DNA of 64,000 nucleotides, taken from contig JBEKOM010000001.1 of assembly GCA_049521795.1 (NCBI GenBank), forward strand, positions 224,001 through 288,000. The letters run 5' to 3'. Source of the DNA: Candidatus Bathyarchaeia archaeon. GTDB taxonomy: Archaea > Thermoproteota > Bathyarchaeia > Bathyarchaeales > Bathycorpusculaceae. Every line of letters starts with the position of its first letter. Position 1 is the stretch's first letter. This document shows positions 1-10,175 of the stretch, piece after piece. The position numbers were made by a program, and so were the translations under genes. Under the pieces are notes generated by a model. That model had not been told where the DNA came from. It searched no databases and saw nothing but the letters and a program-made list of their open reading frames with translations.

Positions 1-358
1 TAATGTCAGGATCGACGCCTGATGCTGAACCTTGAATGCCCACGAGCATTACCAGTTTTCTTTTTCCAGGCTGGTGCCCTCGTACGGCGATGTGAAAGCG
101 AAGGGTTTGCGACTGGTCTCTCGTATGGAAGAAAATGGGCAAGGTGAAGTTTTGGGCTATAAGATTTGATCCGATAGCTTGTCCGTGGAGTTGCACGATT
201 TCGCCGTTCGCTTGGTAGGGAAAGAGAACTTGGCTTATGCCCGTGATTAATAGTGGGAAAAGTATTCCGCAGATTAAGAGCGAAACCAGTGCTAATCCTA
301 TAATAGGTTTGAGGTTCTTTAGGTTCCATTTTTCTTTTTGTTCTGTTGTCATAGTCAT
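1..358 (-). CDS. kdpC: K+-transporting ATPase subunit C (3'-truncated by window edge; carries a 25-aa in-frame insertion)
   Basis: Not in the ORF track because there is no stop in the window. Manual translation from ATG 358: MTMTTEQKEKWNLKNLKPIIGLALVSLLICGILFPLLITGISQVLFPYQANGEIVQLHGQAIGSNLIAQNFTLPIFFHTR...SASGVDPDI. Has KdpC hallmarks (FPYQANG, SASGxDPDI) and lies directly after kdpB. Confidence 0.93.
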   Translation of the reverse strand, partial: MTMTTEQKEKWNLKNLKPIIGLALVSLLICGILFPLLITGISQVLFPYQANGEIVQLHGQAIGSNLIAQNFTLPIFFHTRDQSQTLRFHIAVRGHQPGKRKLVMLVGIQGSASGVDPDI

Positions 359-364
359 TCTTTC

Positions 365-2584
365 CTAAACGTGAAAGACTCCCACAAGGAGCAAATCTAT
401 CAGTTTGATTCCTATGAATGGCACGATGACGCCGCCTACACCGTAAATTAAGGTGTTTTTAAGAAAAAGCGTCATGGTGCTGGTAGGTTTAAAAGCGATT
501 CCCCGCATTGCCAGAGGAATCAAGAGCGGTATGATAATAGCATTGAATAGTAAAGCTGACAAGACTGCACTTTTCAAGCCAAGCTGCAGAACGTTCAAAG
601 CTTGCAGTTGCGGTATGGCAGTGCCGAACAGTACAGGCATGATAGTGAAGTATTTGGCGACATCATTTGCTATACTGAAAGCAGTAACCGCGCCTCGAGT
701 CATGAGCAACTGTTTGCCAAGCATGACGACATCGATTATTTTTGCGGGATTTGATTCAAGGTCAACCATGTTCGCCGCTTCCTTAGCAGCCTCGGTGCCT
801 GAATTCATCGCCAGACCGACGTCAGCAACAGAGAGTGCCGGGGCATCATTTGTTCCATCGCCTATCATTGCGACAATTCTACTTTCAGCCTGCTCCTTCT
901 TGGCGATGTTGAACTTGTCCTCCGGCTTGGCCTGCGCTACATATTCTTCGATTCCAACCTCAGATGCAATACTTTTTGCAGTGAGTGGTTGATCTCCAGT
1001 TATCATGACTGGGCGTATTCCCATGACCTTAAGAGCCTGAATTTTTTCTTTTATGCCTTGTTTGAGGACGTCTTTTAATCTGACTATTCCGATGGCTTCA
1101 CGGTTTCTTGCGATAGCTATAGGCGTTTCACCCTCTGCAGATATTCCCTCAACAATGAGGTCATAGTTTGGAGGGACGAAAGTTACAGTTTTCTTGATGG
1201 CTTCTGGAGCCCCTTTGACGATTTCAATTTCAGGTTCGATTCTTGCGGCAAATTCTTGTTCGGATACTGTTGAGGATTTTCTTCGGATTCTCAGTCGGCC
1301 TCGTCCTGATTTGTCACCTTTAGGAAGCCTTAGGCCCATGTGGGTTATTTTCACTCCGCTCGTGCGGGTGCTGGCTGAGAACGGGTAAGTTTCAGAAAGT
1401 GCAAGAGAGTTCAGTTCTTTTGGCACGAAACCTTTCTCATATGCTAGGCCTAGTATGCTGCGCCCTTCAGGGGTATCGTCGTTCCATGAGGATAGAAACG
1501 CTGCTTCCCCTACGTCTTCTTCTGATCTACCCTCAAACGGCAAAAACTCTATTGCCTGTCTGTTGCCAACAGTGATGGTGCCTGTCTTGTCCAGAAGAAC
1601 AACATCTGCGTCACCTGCGGTTTCTATGGCTTTGCCTGACTTGGCAATTATCAAGTGTTTGTACAATCGGGACATTCCTGAAAGCCCAATTGCAGGCAAT
1701 AGGGCCCCTATGGTTGTGGGAAGAAGGCAAACGTAGAGCGCGATAAGCACGGAGAGGTCAGCGCCCAGACCCAGCGTGACCGACATGCCTAGCAAAGCAA
1801 CTGTAATGATAGTGAAAATGGCCGTTAACCCAATCAACACGATAGTTATTGCAATTTCGTTGGGCGTCTTTGGTCTCTTAGAAGATTCAACCAGCTTTAT
1901 CATTTGGTCAATGAAGGTCTCTCCAGGGTTCGTCGTAACCTTCGCCGTTAAACTATCGCTTACCACTCGCGATCCACCGATTAGCGAGTCCCCAGGCGCT
2001 TTCCGAACTGGGGCTGATTCACCCGTGAAAAGCGACTCGTCAACCATGGCAATTCCCTCAAGTACATCTGCGTCTAAGGGAACAATGTCACCTTTTTCAA
2101 TCAGGATACGGTCGTCTTTTCTGAGCTCAGTTGATTTTACTGCTACTATCTTCCTTGTCCATTCTTCCGTTACAATTTTCTTGCTGGACACCTCGATTTC
2201 CAACTTCCGTAAGGCGCCAGCTGTACTTTTTGCCTGTTGCTCGGCAAGAGCGTCGGAGAGTGTGCTGAACCAAACTGTAATGAGGAGAATTGCGGCAACT
2301 TCAACGTAAAAGGTTTGCAGGTCGGAACTGGCTATCGGCCCGAAAGCCTGTGGAACAATTGCCATTGCCACAACAATGAAGAACGTGATTTCAACGATCA
2401 GCATCACTGGATTTTTGACCAGTGATTTGGGGTTCAAACGAACTACTGAATCGACTAGCACTTTTCTAGAGAAAGCTGACCTCAATCCTCCACGGGCTGA
2501 TTCGTTGCTTTTTGTTGGTGCCAAAGTTTTCTTGTCATCAGAAGCCATTCTGTAACCTCCTGAAGAATGATGAAATTGGTCCAA
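365..2584 (-). CDS. kdpB: K+-transporting P-type ATPase subunit B
   Basis: DKTGTIT, TGESAP, MIGDGTNDAPAL, LLPTTIG and TRGAVTAFSIANDVAKYF motifs; true start is probably ATG 2548. Confidence 0.97.
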   Translation of the reverse strand: MDQFHHSSGGYRMASDDKKTLAPTKSNESARGGLRSAFSRKVLVDSVVRLNPKSLVKNPVMLIVEITFFIVVAMAIVPQAFGPIASSDLQTFYVEVAAILLITVWFSTLSDALAEQQAKSTAGALRKLEIEVSSKKIVTEEWTRKIVAVKSTELRKDDRILIEKGDIVPLDADVLEGIAMVDESLFTGESAPVRKAPGDSLIGGSRVVSDSLTAKVTTNPGETFIDQMIKLVESSKRPKTPNEIAITIVLIGLTAIFTIITVALLGMSVTLGLGADLSVLIALYVCLLPTTIGALLPAIGLSGMSRLYKHLIIAKSGKAIETAGDADVVLLDKTGTITVGNRQAIEFLPFEGRSEEDVGEAAFLSSWNDDTPEGRSILGLAYEKGFVPKELNSLALSETYPFSASTRTSGVKITHMGLRLPKGDKSGRGRLRIRRKSSTVSEQEFAARIEPEIEIVKGAPEAIKKTVTFVPPNYDLIVEGISAEGETPIAIARNREAIGIVRLKDVLKQGIKEKIQALKVMGIRPVMITGDQPLTAKSIASEVGIEEYVAQAKPEDKFNIAKKEQAESRIVAMIGDGTNDAPALSVADVGLAMNSGTEAAKEAANMVDLESNPAKIIDVVMLGKQLLMTRGAVTAFSIANDVAKYFTIMPVLFGTAIPQLQALNVLQLGLKSAVLSALLFNAIIIPLLIPLAMRGIAFKPTSTMTLFLKNTLIYGVGGVIVPFIGIKLIDLLLVGVFHV

Positions 2585-4193
2585 GCGCCAAGAACGGGAA
2601 GAACGTCAATACTACGAGTATGATGATGCTGCCGACAAGAACTATTGTGAATATTGCGCTATCGGTTTTGAGACCTGTGGTGCCGCCTCGTCTTCGCCCG
2701 ATCATGGAGCCTGACAGTGCAAGCAGGATTGCGATTGGAGCGTATCGTCCTATGAGCATGACGATACCAGTGGCTATGTTAAAGAAAGGGGTGTTTGCTG
2801 AGGCGCCTAGGAAATCGGAACCGTTGTTCGCCGCCGCTGATGTGAATTCGTACAGGATTTGCGTGTAACCCACAGAGTTTCCACCTACCCCAATGGCTGC
2901 CGCTGCGCCCGAAGCATACGCCATTACCGTGGGAATTAGGATTATGATGGGGTGGATTAGGAAAGTCACCATGACAAGCTTTACGTCACGGCCAGTGATC
3001 TTGATTCCTAAGTACTCTGGGGTTCTTCCAGACATTAGCCCGACGATGAATACGGTGATTATGATGTACATCACCATGTACATCAGTCCCACGCCTTTTC
3101 CGCCTGGAATCGACTGAATGAACATTCCCATTAAGCCAGAAGTTATAACCAGAGGATGCATGCCTGCGAGCGCAGAGTTAACGGATCCAGTTGTGGCAGC
3201 GGTCGTAATCACAGTGTAGAAATTTGACATGAAGCCTCCGAACCTCGTTTCTATGCCAGGAGCGACCAGAGGGATATTTGGGGCAAAAGCTATGACGAGG
3301 TTAATTCCGACAAGAATGTACGCACCCCACAAAAGGGGTCGAGCCTCTCTCTTTTTACCCAGTAATTCTCCGAATACGAAGATGAGTGCTGTGGGAAGAA
3401 GAAGCATCAAGGCTATCATAAATATGTTCGAGTAGGGCGACGGGTTCATGAGCGGGTAAGCGGCGTTGGCGCCGTAGAATCCTCCGCCGTTCGTACCCAA
3501 TTGCATTATTGAATCAAGAGAAGCAACGGGTCCGACGAGGATTGATTGTGTTGTACCTTGCAACGTTGTTACTGCTGTGGAAGCGTTAAGAGTCTGTGGG
3601 ACACCCATGACCACGAAGACAACCGAGGCTATGAGGCACAGCGGCAACAGTATTCTGGTTATGGTTCTGACGAAGTCTACGTGGAAGTTTCCCACGTTTT
3701 TAGAGCCGACAATGAATCCCCGTATGAATGCTACACCCATGCATATTCCGGTTGCTGCTGAGATCCATTGTAGAAATTGGATGGCGGTCATCTGGCTAAA
3801 TATGGAAAGTGTTGCCTCTCCGCTGTAGTGCTGAAGGTTAGTGTTTGTTGCAAACGATATTACGGTGTGGAAGGCTAGGTCCCAACTTAGACCTGGGAAG
3901 CCCAGAGGGTTAAGAGGCAACTTATCTTGAAAGACCAGTATTAGAAAAGCGATAACCATCTGTGCAACGTTAAGCAGTAAGCCGGCAAGAAAGTACTGTT
4001 TCCAACCCATCGGATGCTCTGGATCTATGCTGCATATTTTGTAAATAAAATTCTCAACAGGATTTAGGACTATGTCCAGACGGCTTGGCGCCCGCTTATA
4101 GACCCTAACAAGGTAAGGTGCTATGAGTTTCGCTATAAGTATGGTTGTCCCAAGTATGAGGACGACTGATATAGCTTGAATTGCATCGATCAA
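2538..4193 (-). CDS. kdpA: K+-transporting ATPase subunit A
   Basis: SFATNTNLQHYSGE, LGTNGGGF, GRTPEYLG and SAAANNGS motifs. Confidence 0.97.
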   Translation of the reverse strand: MIDAIQAISVVLILGTTILIAKLIAPYLVRVYKRAPSRLDIVLNPVENFIYKICSIDPEHPMGWKQYFLAGLLLNVAQMVIAFLILVFQDKLPLNPLGFPGLSWDLAFHTVISFATNTNLQHYSGEATLSIFSQMTAIQFLQWISAATGICMGVAFIRGFIVGSKNVGNFHVDFVRTITRILLPLCLIASVVFVVMGVPQTLNASTAVTTLQGTTQSILVGPVASLDSIMQLGTNGGGFYGANAAYPLMNPSPYSNIFMIALMLLLPTALIFVFGELLGKKREARPLLWGAYILVGINLVIAFAPNIPLVAPGIETRFGGFMSNFYTVITTAATTGSVNSALAGMHPLVITSGLMGMFIQSIPGGKGVGLMYMVMYIIITVFIVGLMSGRTPEYLGIKITGRDVKLVMVTFLIHPIIILIPTVMAYASGAAAAIGVGGNSVGYTQILYEFTSAAANNGSDFLGASANTPFFNIATGIVMLIGRYAPIAILLALSGSMIGRRRGGTTGLKTDSAIFTIVLVGSIIILVVLTFFPFLALGPISSFFRRLQNGF

Positions 4194-4744
4194 CTATTCC
4201 CAGACTCCAAAAAACAGCAAGCTGACTCACTATGGCTCCTTTCCGCTCCTTCCTATTTTAAAGGTGAAACTCACGTTCTTCTGTTAGCATTTAGGTCCCT
4301 TGTGAAACTCCAAGATTATAGCGGCTATTGTGCTTTTATGCCTTTAAACTTTATTTTCTTCCGTAGAACATCTCTGAACTCTTCGAGGCAAGATGCAGAA
4401 ATAATAGTGCGGAACTCCGCCCGCTATTCCGTGTCCAAGAAACCAATGTAAAGGCTTCAGGGGCATTCTGAGAACCAATCGGAAATTTAGGAGTCCTAGT
4501 CCTCAAGAATTCAAAACAGCTCACAAATAACAGGTAGTAATAGAGCGAGTTTTCAGCAGACTCAAAAACCTGTCAAGTCTTACGCAGCATCTCAGAGGAT
4601 TAGCCAAGGTAACGTTTCATTCTCAGCTCTGCGTCATTACGATGCTTCTGACAGCTCAAGCAGCTGTCAACACGAACAAATCAAGCAAATCCAGAAGCAT
4701 CAGATTTTTCGCGAACTAATTCTGGAATAGCTTGTCCGCCGATC

Positions 4745-5224
4745 TCATCGGTTGGCGTCGGTCAAGGGATATCGAGTCATGGCATCGATTATTTCTTCAC
4801 TGAAGGTTTTCTTGCTAAGGTGCCTAGCAAAATCGGAAGTGGCTATAATACCGACCAACACGCCTTTCTTCATAACGGGAAGCCGCCTTATTTTGTACTT
4901 GACCATTTTCCTCGCAGCATCTCTGATCGAGGCTTCCTCCTCGATCGTTATAAGCGGATCAGACATTACCTCAGAGACTTTAGTATCAAGCGGTTTTTTC
5001 TGAACGATCACCCTTCTAACTAGGTCTCTTTCAGTAACTATGCCCTTTGCGACATTGCCCTCCATCACTACGAGATCACCTACATCCTGTTGGTGCATTA
5101 GCTTTGCAGCCTCAAGCACGGTCCAATGGACATCAATTGTGATAACGTTCGTGGTCATAAAATCTCTTACAGTTGGCATCATTTTACAAGGACTATAAAC
5201 CATCGTATAAAAGCTTTGGGACAT
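4745..5224 (-). CDS. CBS-domain pair protein
   Basis: VRDFMT...GIVTERD and VSEVMS...IRRLPV...GII tandem CBS pattern; start is probably at the internal MMPTV. Confidence 0.9.
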   Translation of the reverse strand: MSQSFYTMVYSPCKMMPTVRDFMTTNVITIDVHWTVLEAAKLMHQQDVGDLVVMEGNVAKGIVTERDLVRRVIVQKKPLDTKVSEVMSDPLITIEEEASIRDAARKMVKYKIRRLPVMKKGVLVGIIATSDFARHLSKKTFSEEIIDAMTRYPLTDANR

Positions 5225-5527
5225 CGCAATTCTGGATCGCAGTTCAAGAATGTTAGCGCCTGCCAGCTGTGCTAAATCGATTTCTCTCCGTCAATTTTCG
5301 TTATCTTGCGAGCATGGTGATGCATCTAGCCTTTTCCAGCCTGTTCAAGCAAACCAGAGCAAGGGAAAGGCGAAGCTGCCGCGCGTTGACAAGTACCTAA
5401 GGACTCATGGCCCCGTTGTCGAGAAACAAATCCACAAACAAAGACGTGAATGGCATCGATCAACTTTTGCAAAACCTCTTCCAGCTATGGCTTGGTCCCC
5501 CGCCAAAATACTTTAGCCCGGTCCTGC

Positions 5528-5797
5528 CTACTGACGTGAGCGGGGCCGAGGTCCTTTGTGTGTCTTAAGAATGATTGAGCTTACAGTGCTCTTGACACCT
5601 TTAATCTTCATCACCTTGTTCTTGAGAATGTCCCTGAACTCCTCAATGTCAGACGCTGAAAACAGAGTCACAATGTCAAACTCGCCCGTAACTTCGAAAA
5701 GTTCTTCGAGATTATCAAGCTTGGAAAGAGCTGCCACTACCCTGTCCATTTCTGCCGATTCTACGAAGATGTCTATGAAGGCGAGAAGTCTTGGCAA
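5528..5797 (-). CDS. Stand-alone Lrp/AsnC ligand-binding (RAM) domain protein
   Basis: EVTGEFDIV...KIKGVKSTVS pattern with no HTH. Confidence 0.85.
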   Translation of the reverse strand: MPRLLAFIDIFVESAEMDRVVAALSKLDNLEELFEVTGEFDIVTLFSASDIEEFRDILKNKVMKIKGVKSTVSSIILKTHKGPRPRSRQ

Positions 5798-6042
5798 ACT
5801 TGATCATCTTCCCAACCGAACGAGCGCCCGTTGATTTATACCTTTGGGTACTCGGCCTGCCCTTCAAGAGACACTAGGACAAACGAGCGCTGGCTTATCC
5901 TAGACTAATCAATGCGTATTCTAGTACGTGGAGTCTCATATTTGTGGCCTCCGTCCAAGCCTAGGAGGTGGGTTCGTTTGGCGCCAAGCTACTGCAACCC
6001 AACGCATATTAGCTGATGTTGAAAATTAAATTCGATTGAAAC

Positions 6043-6744
6043 ATGAAGCGCTTGTCGGCGAAAGCTGTAGCGTTCACTGGGGTTTTTGCGGCTTTTCATG
6101 CCACGTTGTATCTAATTTCGCCGCCAGTTTTATGGCGAAATTGGGCTATCTATTTATCGCCTATCGAGGGCATAGTTCTGGGTCCCTGGGCAGGGTTCAT
6201 AGCCGCCTTAATTGGCAGCACGATAGGCAGAGTGCTGCTTCCCAGTCCTTTCTGGATGTTCGCGATAACTGCAGAACCGTTGAGTGTGATGTCCGCAGGC
6301 TTCTTGACAAGAGCCAAGTGGCAGCCGGTCATAGCTCTTTACGCCGTCATGCTCGCCGCATACTTCATCAGTCCCTTTGGCCAGTCGCTTCCGCTTTGGC
6401 CTATGCTGGACACCATTGCTGCGGTCTGTCTAGTGTACCCTGCAGGCAAGTTGAGTAAAAACTTGTTCAGTGAAAAGGTGAAACTTCTCCCCATGTCCAT
6501 GGTTATCGTGTCGTTCGTAACTGTGGCCGCGGACGGTCTGACCAGAGTTTTCCTGTTTATACCAGCCGGGCTGTACAGCAGTTTTCTGGGCTTATCCTCT
6601 GCGGATGCCGCAGCTCTGTTTGTAGCCGGCGGGGTTGACTCTTTCGTCGAAGATGCCTTTGTCGTGCTAATCGCTCTCGTTGTGGGTGTTCCAATTCTTT
6701 TGGCCTTACGGAAGGTTTTGGACCTAAGAAAACCGTTGAGTTAA
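6043..6744 (+). CDS. Membrane protein, ECF transporter S-component-like
   Basis: About 6 hydrophobic helices and GIVLGPWAGFIAALIG motif. Confidence 0.6.
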   Translation: MKRLSAKAVAFTGVFAAFHATLYLISPPVLWRNWAIYLSPIEGIVLGPWAGFIAALIGSTIGRVLLPSPFWMFAITAEPLSVMSAGFLTRAKWQPVIALYAVMLAAYFISPFGQSLPLWPMLDTIAAVCLVYPAGKLSKNLFSEKVKLLPMSMVIVSFVTVAADGLTRVFLFIPAGLYSSFLGLSSADAAALFVAGGVDSFVEDAFVVLIALVVGVPILLALRKVLDLRKPLS

Positions 6745-6892
6745 GGCCTCAAGACCTTGCCTTCTGCAATTTAGGGACAAAGCAGCGTGCCAAGCAGTCA
6801 AACAAGCAGTGTGGTCAAAAGGACGCCTTAGAGCTGCATAGAATGTGGCCAAAACAGGTCAAAATTTGGAAAAAAGGAGTGCGATGGGCCCG

Positions 6893-8341
6893 TTAGAGTT
6901 TCAGGCCCTTTGCCACACGTTTGCCAAGCTCGGGATCAGCTTTCGTGAGATTGTTAACCATGTGTTGCTGAATCGGCTTGTCTGCTTTGTCCAGCGAATC
7001 AGTGATGTTATCAACTAAATGGTTCTGATCCTGTTTGCTGAGCGATTGATAGCGTTGGCCTGCTTGCTTGAAGTCGTTGGTCAAACTGATTTTCTGGCGT
7101 CCGATGGTGCCTTTGAGATTGTCACGAGTCGCGGCGGTGGCTGGTGCTTCATTTGGCATTCCAGCCGCCAGCGTGTTAGGTTCATAGTTGACAGTTCCTC
7201 CACCGTAAGGCGCGTACTGCATCGCTCCGTCGCGTTGGTTGTTGTTGACAGGTACCTGCGGCCGATTTATCGGAAGTTCCAGATAGTTTGCACCCAACCG
7301 ATGTCTCTGTGTGTCTGCGTAAGAGAAGATTCTGCCCTGCAAGAGCTTGTCAGCAGAGAAATCGATTCCCGGAACGATAGAGGCCGGACAGAAAGCAGCT
7401 TGCTCCGTTTCAGCGAAGAAGTTTTCAGGATTGCGGTTCAGCACCATTTTGCCAACAGGCATAAGGGGGAACTTGTCTTCCGGCCAGGTTTTTGTGGCAT
7501 CAAGCGGGTCGAAATCCTGCTTCAACTCATCGGCAATCTCCATGATTTGGACACACAATTCATACTCTGCTGTCTTTCCTGAGACAATGGTTTGGTGCAA
7601 GTCGCGAGTGGCAATGTCAGGATCCTCGCCTGCCAAGCGATTTGCCTCATGTCGGTCAATAGTCTCTATTCCTGCTTTTGGCTTCCAATGATACTTAACG
7701 TAGACTGCCTTACCTTTGGCATTCACCCACTTGTACGTATTGACGCCAAATCCTTCCATCTTCCTGTAACTCTTCACTGTTCCCCTGTCGGAAAAGAGCC
7801 AAGTGATCATGTGAGTTGATTCAGGAGTCAGCGAGATGAAATCCCAGAACCGACTGTTTGCTGACGAGCTTGTGGGGTAACCAGTGTCAGGCGCAGGTTT
7901 GAAGGCGTGCACCATATCGGGGAATTTGATGGCGTCTCGTATGAAGAAGACCGGCAAGTTGTTGCCTACCAAGTCATAGTTGCCATCTTCAGTGTAAAAC
8001 TTCACTGCGAAGCCTCTGGGATCGCGCGCTGTGTCTGCGGACCCTCGTGAACCGACAACTGTGGAGAAACGGACGAAGACAGGCGTCTTCTTCTTCGGAT
8101 CTTGGAGGAATTTTGCGCAGGTGTATTTTGCCATGCTCTTGTAGACTTGGAAATATCCGTGGGCACCAGCACCCTTGGCGTGGACCACACGTTCGGGTAT
8201 GCGCTCACGGTCGAAGTGTGCGAGTTTCTCGATCAAGTGCACGTCCTGCAGCAGCACGGGCCCGCGTTCGCCGGCCGTGAGTGAATTCTGGTTGTCGGAG
8301 ACGGGAACACCCTGATTCGTTGTAAGATGTTTATCTTTCAT
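6893..8341 (-). CDS. katA: Monofunctional heme catalase
   Basis: FDRERIPERVVHAKG active-site signature and RIFSYADTQ heme-ligand signature. Confidence 0.97.
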   Translation of the reverse strand: MKDKHLTTNQGVPVSDNQNSLTAGERGPVLLQDVHLIEKLAHFDRERIPERVVHAKGAGAHGYFQVYKSMAKYTCAKFLQDPKKKTPVFVRFSTVVGSRGSADTARDPRGFAVKFYTEDGNYDLVGNNLPVFFIRDAIKFPDMVHAFKPAPDTGYPTSSSANSRFWDFISLTPESTHMITWLFSDRGTVKSYRKMEGFGVNTYKWVNAKGKAVYVKYHWKPKAGIETIDRHEANRLAGEDPDIATRDLHQTIVSGKTAEYELCVQIMEIADELKQDFDPLDATKTWPEDKFPLMPVGKMVLNRNPENFFAETEQAAFCPASIVPGIDFSADKLLQGRIFSYADTQRHRLGANYLELPINRPQVPVNNNQRDGAMQYAPYGGGTVNYEPNTLAAGMPNEAPATAATRDNLKGTIGRQKISLTNDFKQAGQRYQSLSKQDQNHLVDNITDSLDKADKPIQQHMVNNLTKADPELGKRVAKGLKL

Positions 8342-8412
8342 AACGCGTACACCCCCTTTCTGTTATTGCATAACGTCACTGGTTCTGAAGGGCTTAAAGG
8401 TTTATTTAAGAC

Positions 8413-8429
8413 TTATTATTATCTAATAA
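8413..8429. promoter_or_regulatory. Candidate Fur/PerR operator (TTATTA-N5-TAATAA)
   Basis: AT-rich inverted repeat between the divergent catalase and Fur/PerR genes. Confidence 0.4.
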
Positions 8430-8434
8430 AAAAT

Positions 8435-8875
8435 ATGAGTTACTCCAAGAAATCAGAGGCATCGATAATCGAAGCTCTGCGCAAACGAGGATTCAAGGCG
8501 ACTCCACAGCGAATAGCCATTTGCCGATTGATACTCAACAATCGAAATCACCCAACTGCGCAGAGAATCTATGATGAGGTCAAGGAATTTCACCCCACGG
8601 TCAGTCTTTCGACGGTTTATAAGACACTTCAGATGCTGACGAAACTCGGCCTGATACAGGAACTAGGTTTTCCAGAAGGACAGGCAAGGTTTGATTCCTA
8701 TGTTGAGCCTCACATAAATCTGGTCTGCTTGAGATGCGGCAGCATTAGTGACATCGACGATCCTGCTGCGCGGGATATGTTAGCAAGAATCACTGCTACG
8801 GCCGAATTCACGCTGAGGGGGCAACGCTTGGACATCTACGGCATCTGCAAAACATGTCGCCGCAGAAACAAATAG
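8435..8875 (+). CDS. Fur/PerR family regulator
   Basis: TPQRIAI, HPTA, SLSTVYKTL, HINLVCLRCG and CKTC motifs; start set at MSYSKK. Confidence 0.92.
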   Translation: MSYSKKSEASIIEALRKRGFKATPQRIAICRLILNNRNHPTAQRIYDEVKEFHPTVSLSTVYKTLQMLTKLGLIQELGFPEGQARFDSYVEPHINLVCLRCGSISDIDDPAARDMLARITATAEFTLRGQRLDIYGICKTCRRRNK

Positions 8876-8898
8876 ACGTACAAGAGCGATGACTGAGC

Positions 8899-9177
8899 AT
8901 GTTGGACCTTTTCGATTTTTTGATCGGGTTCTGCGTAGTTTTTGGTTGTCTATTTTTTGTTGGCATTACTCGGGGAAAATGGGTTTCACAGAAAATGTGG
9001 GTTTCCTTATGGTCAACTGTCTCCTTGCTGTTCGCCATTTTCATATGCGTATCTTTTGTTCTGGAAACAGTGTTCTTGAGCTTCGCGTTAGGAGGCTCAT
9101 TAGGTTTTGTAATTGCAGTCGCGGCACACACAATACAGCATGCGATAAATGAAATTAGAAAATCAGACGCGCGATGA
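8899..9177 (+). CDS. Small membrane protein
   Basis: 92 aa with three hydrophobic segments, directly after the regulator. Confidence 0.55.
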   Translation: MLDLFDFLIGFCVVFGCLFFVGITRGKWVSQKMWVSLWSTVSLLFAIFICVSFVLETVFLSFALGGSLGFVIAVAAHTIQHAINEIRKSDAR

Positions 9178-9197
9178 TTTATACACTTGATATGGTG

Positions 9198-10073
9198 TCA
9201 GTTCGAAACAACCGCGTATTCATCTTCGTTTTTTACTCCAAGCCCGAGGGCAGTTGCGCGGCGGATCTGAGTGTAGCTCCAAGGGTTGGCTTTCAGTTTG
9301 GAACCTTCGAAACTTTCAATAGCTTTGATGGATTCAACGTCTGTAGCTACTCGGTCTCCGGAAGCAAGAATGACGTTTGGGTTCCGTATCTCACCACTGA
9401 ATGGCCCTCCAGTTATGAAGCATTTTCTTCCGTCCATGATTACCAGGTTCGGATGCACGACTAGATTTAGATCGATAAGCTTCTCTTTCAGATGCCTGAT
9501 GTGAAATCTGTTTCTTTCGCTCTTCTTTGTGAACCCGAAGGCCAATTTCAAGCTTAAGGAGAAGTCAGCGCGGAAATGTGTCTTCATGCAGCAGGAATAA
9601 ACTATCTTGTCAACCTGCATCGCCCTCTCCGATAAGCTGACGCTTTTCAGGTATTCGCCGCCGACGTTGACTTTGACGTATTTTTCTTCATCGAAAAACG
9701 CTATCTCTGCACCTGAATCCTTGAGCGTGGCAAGTGTCCCAGTTCGTTCCAGCGCCTTTCTAGTGGACAGCGCTTGCCAAGAAGATTCTCCAACGATAAC
9801 TCTTCCAGCGTCATGCTCGAAGAGCAACTCAACTATCGCTTTGAGAAATTGCGGGTCGCTTGAAGCGGGAGGAGAATCCGCGCTGTTAAAATTGGGTTTC
9901 AGCAAGACTTGGTCGCCCTTGTCTAGGGCCTTGTTGAAACCGCCAATCAAATCAACAGCTTTAAGGATGTCCGCTTTAAGGTTTCCAGTCGTCGCAACTT
10001 TGCTTAGAAGGACTTTTCCATCTTTCGTAAACGGGTTGCTCGCAACTTTCCCTATTCCTTCACTGGATCCCAT
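9198..10073 (-). CDS. DUF362-family protein
   Basis: VLLKPNF, MKTH, SLSLK and DRVATD motifs. Confidence 0.85.
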   Translation of the reverse strand: MGSSEGIGKVASNPFTKDGKVLLSKVATTGNLKADILKAVDLIGGFNKALDKGDQVLLKPNFNSADSPPASSDPQFLKAIVELLFEHDAGRVIVGESSWQALSTRKALERTGTLATLKDSGAEIAFFDEEKYVKVNVGGEYLKSVSLSERAMQVDKIVYSCCMKTHFRADFSLSLKLAFGFTKKSERNRFHIRHLKEKLIDLNLVVHPNLVIMDGRKCFITGGPFSGEIRNPNVILASGDRVATDVESIKAIESFEGSKLKANPWSYTQIRRATALGLGVKNEDEYAVVSN

Positions 10074-10175
10074 AACAGAACACTAATGATAGCGCGATGC
10101 GCCCGAGTTTTAAAACGTTGTGACTGCAACCCGATAGGAACACACTTCCCAAGAGCGGGTTAAAGTGGAAGCGGC

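Noticed and set aside
6-329. 107-aa ORF in the track
   Set aside because: Wrong frame; the real gene is kdpC in the adjacent frame, running off the window.
4194-4744. kdpF or structured RNA upstream of kdpA
   Set aside because: No KdpF-like peptide found; only a single 10-bp inverted repeat.
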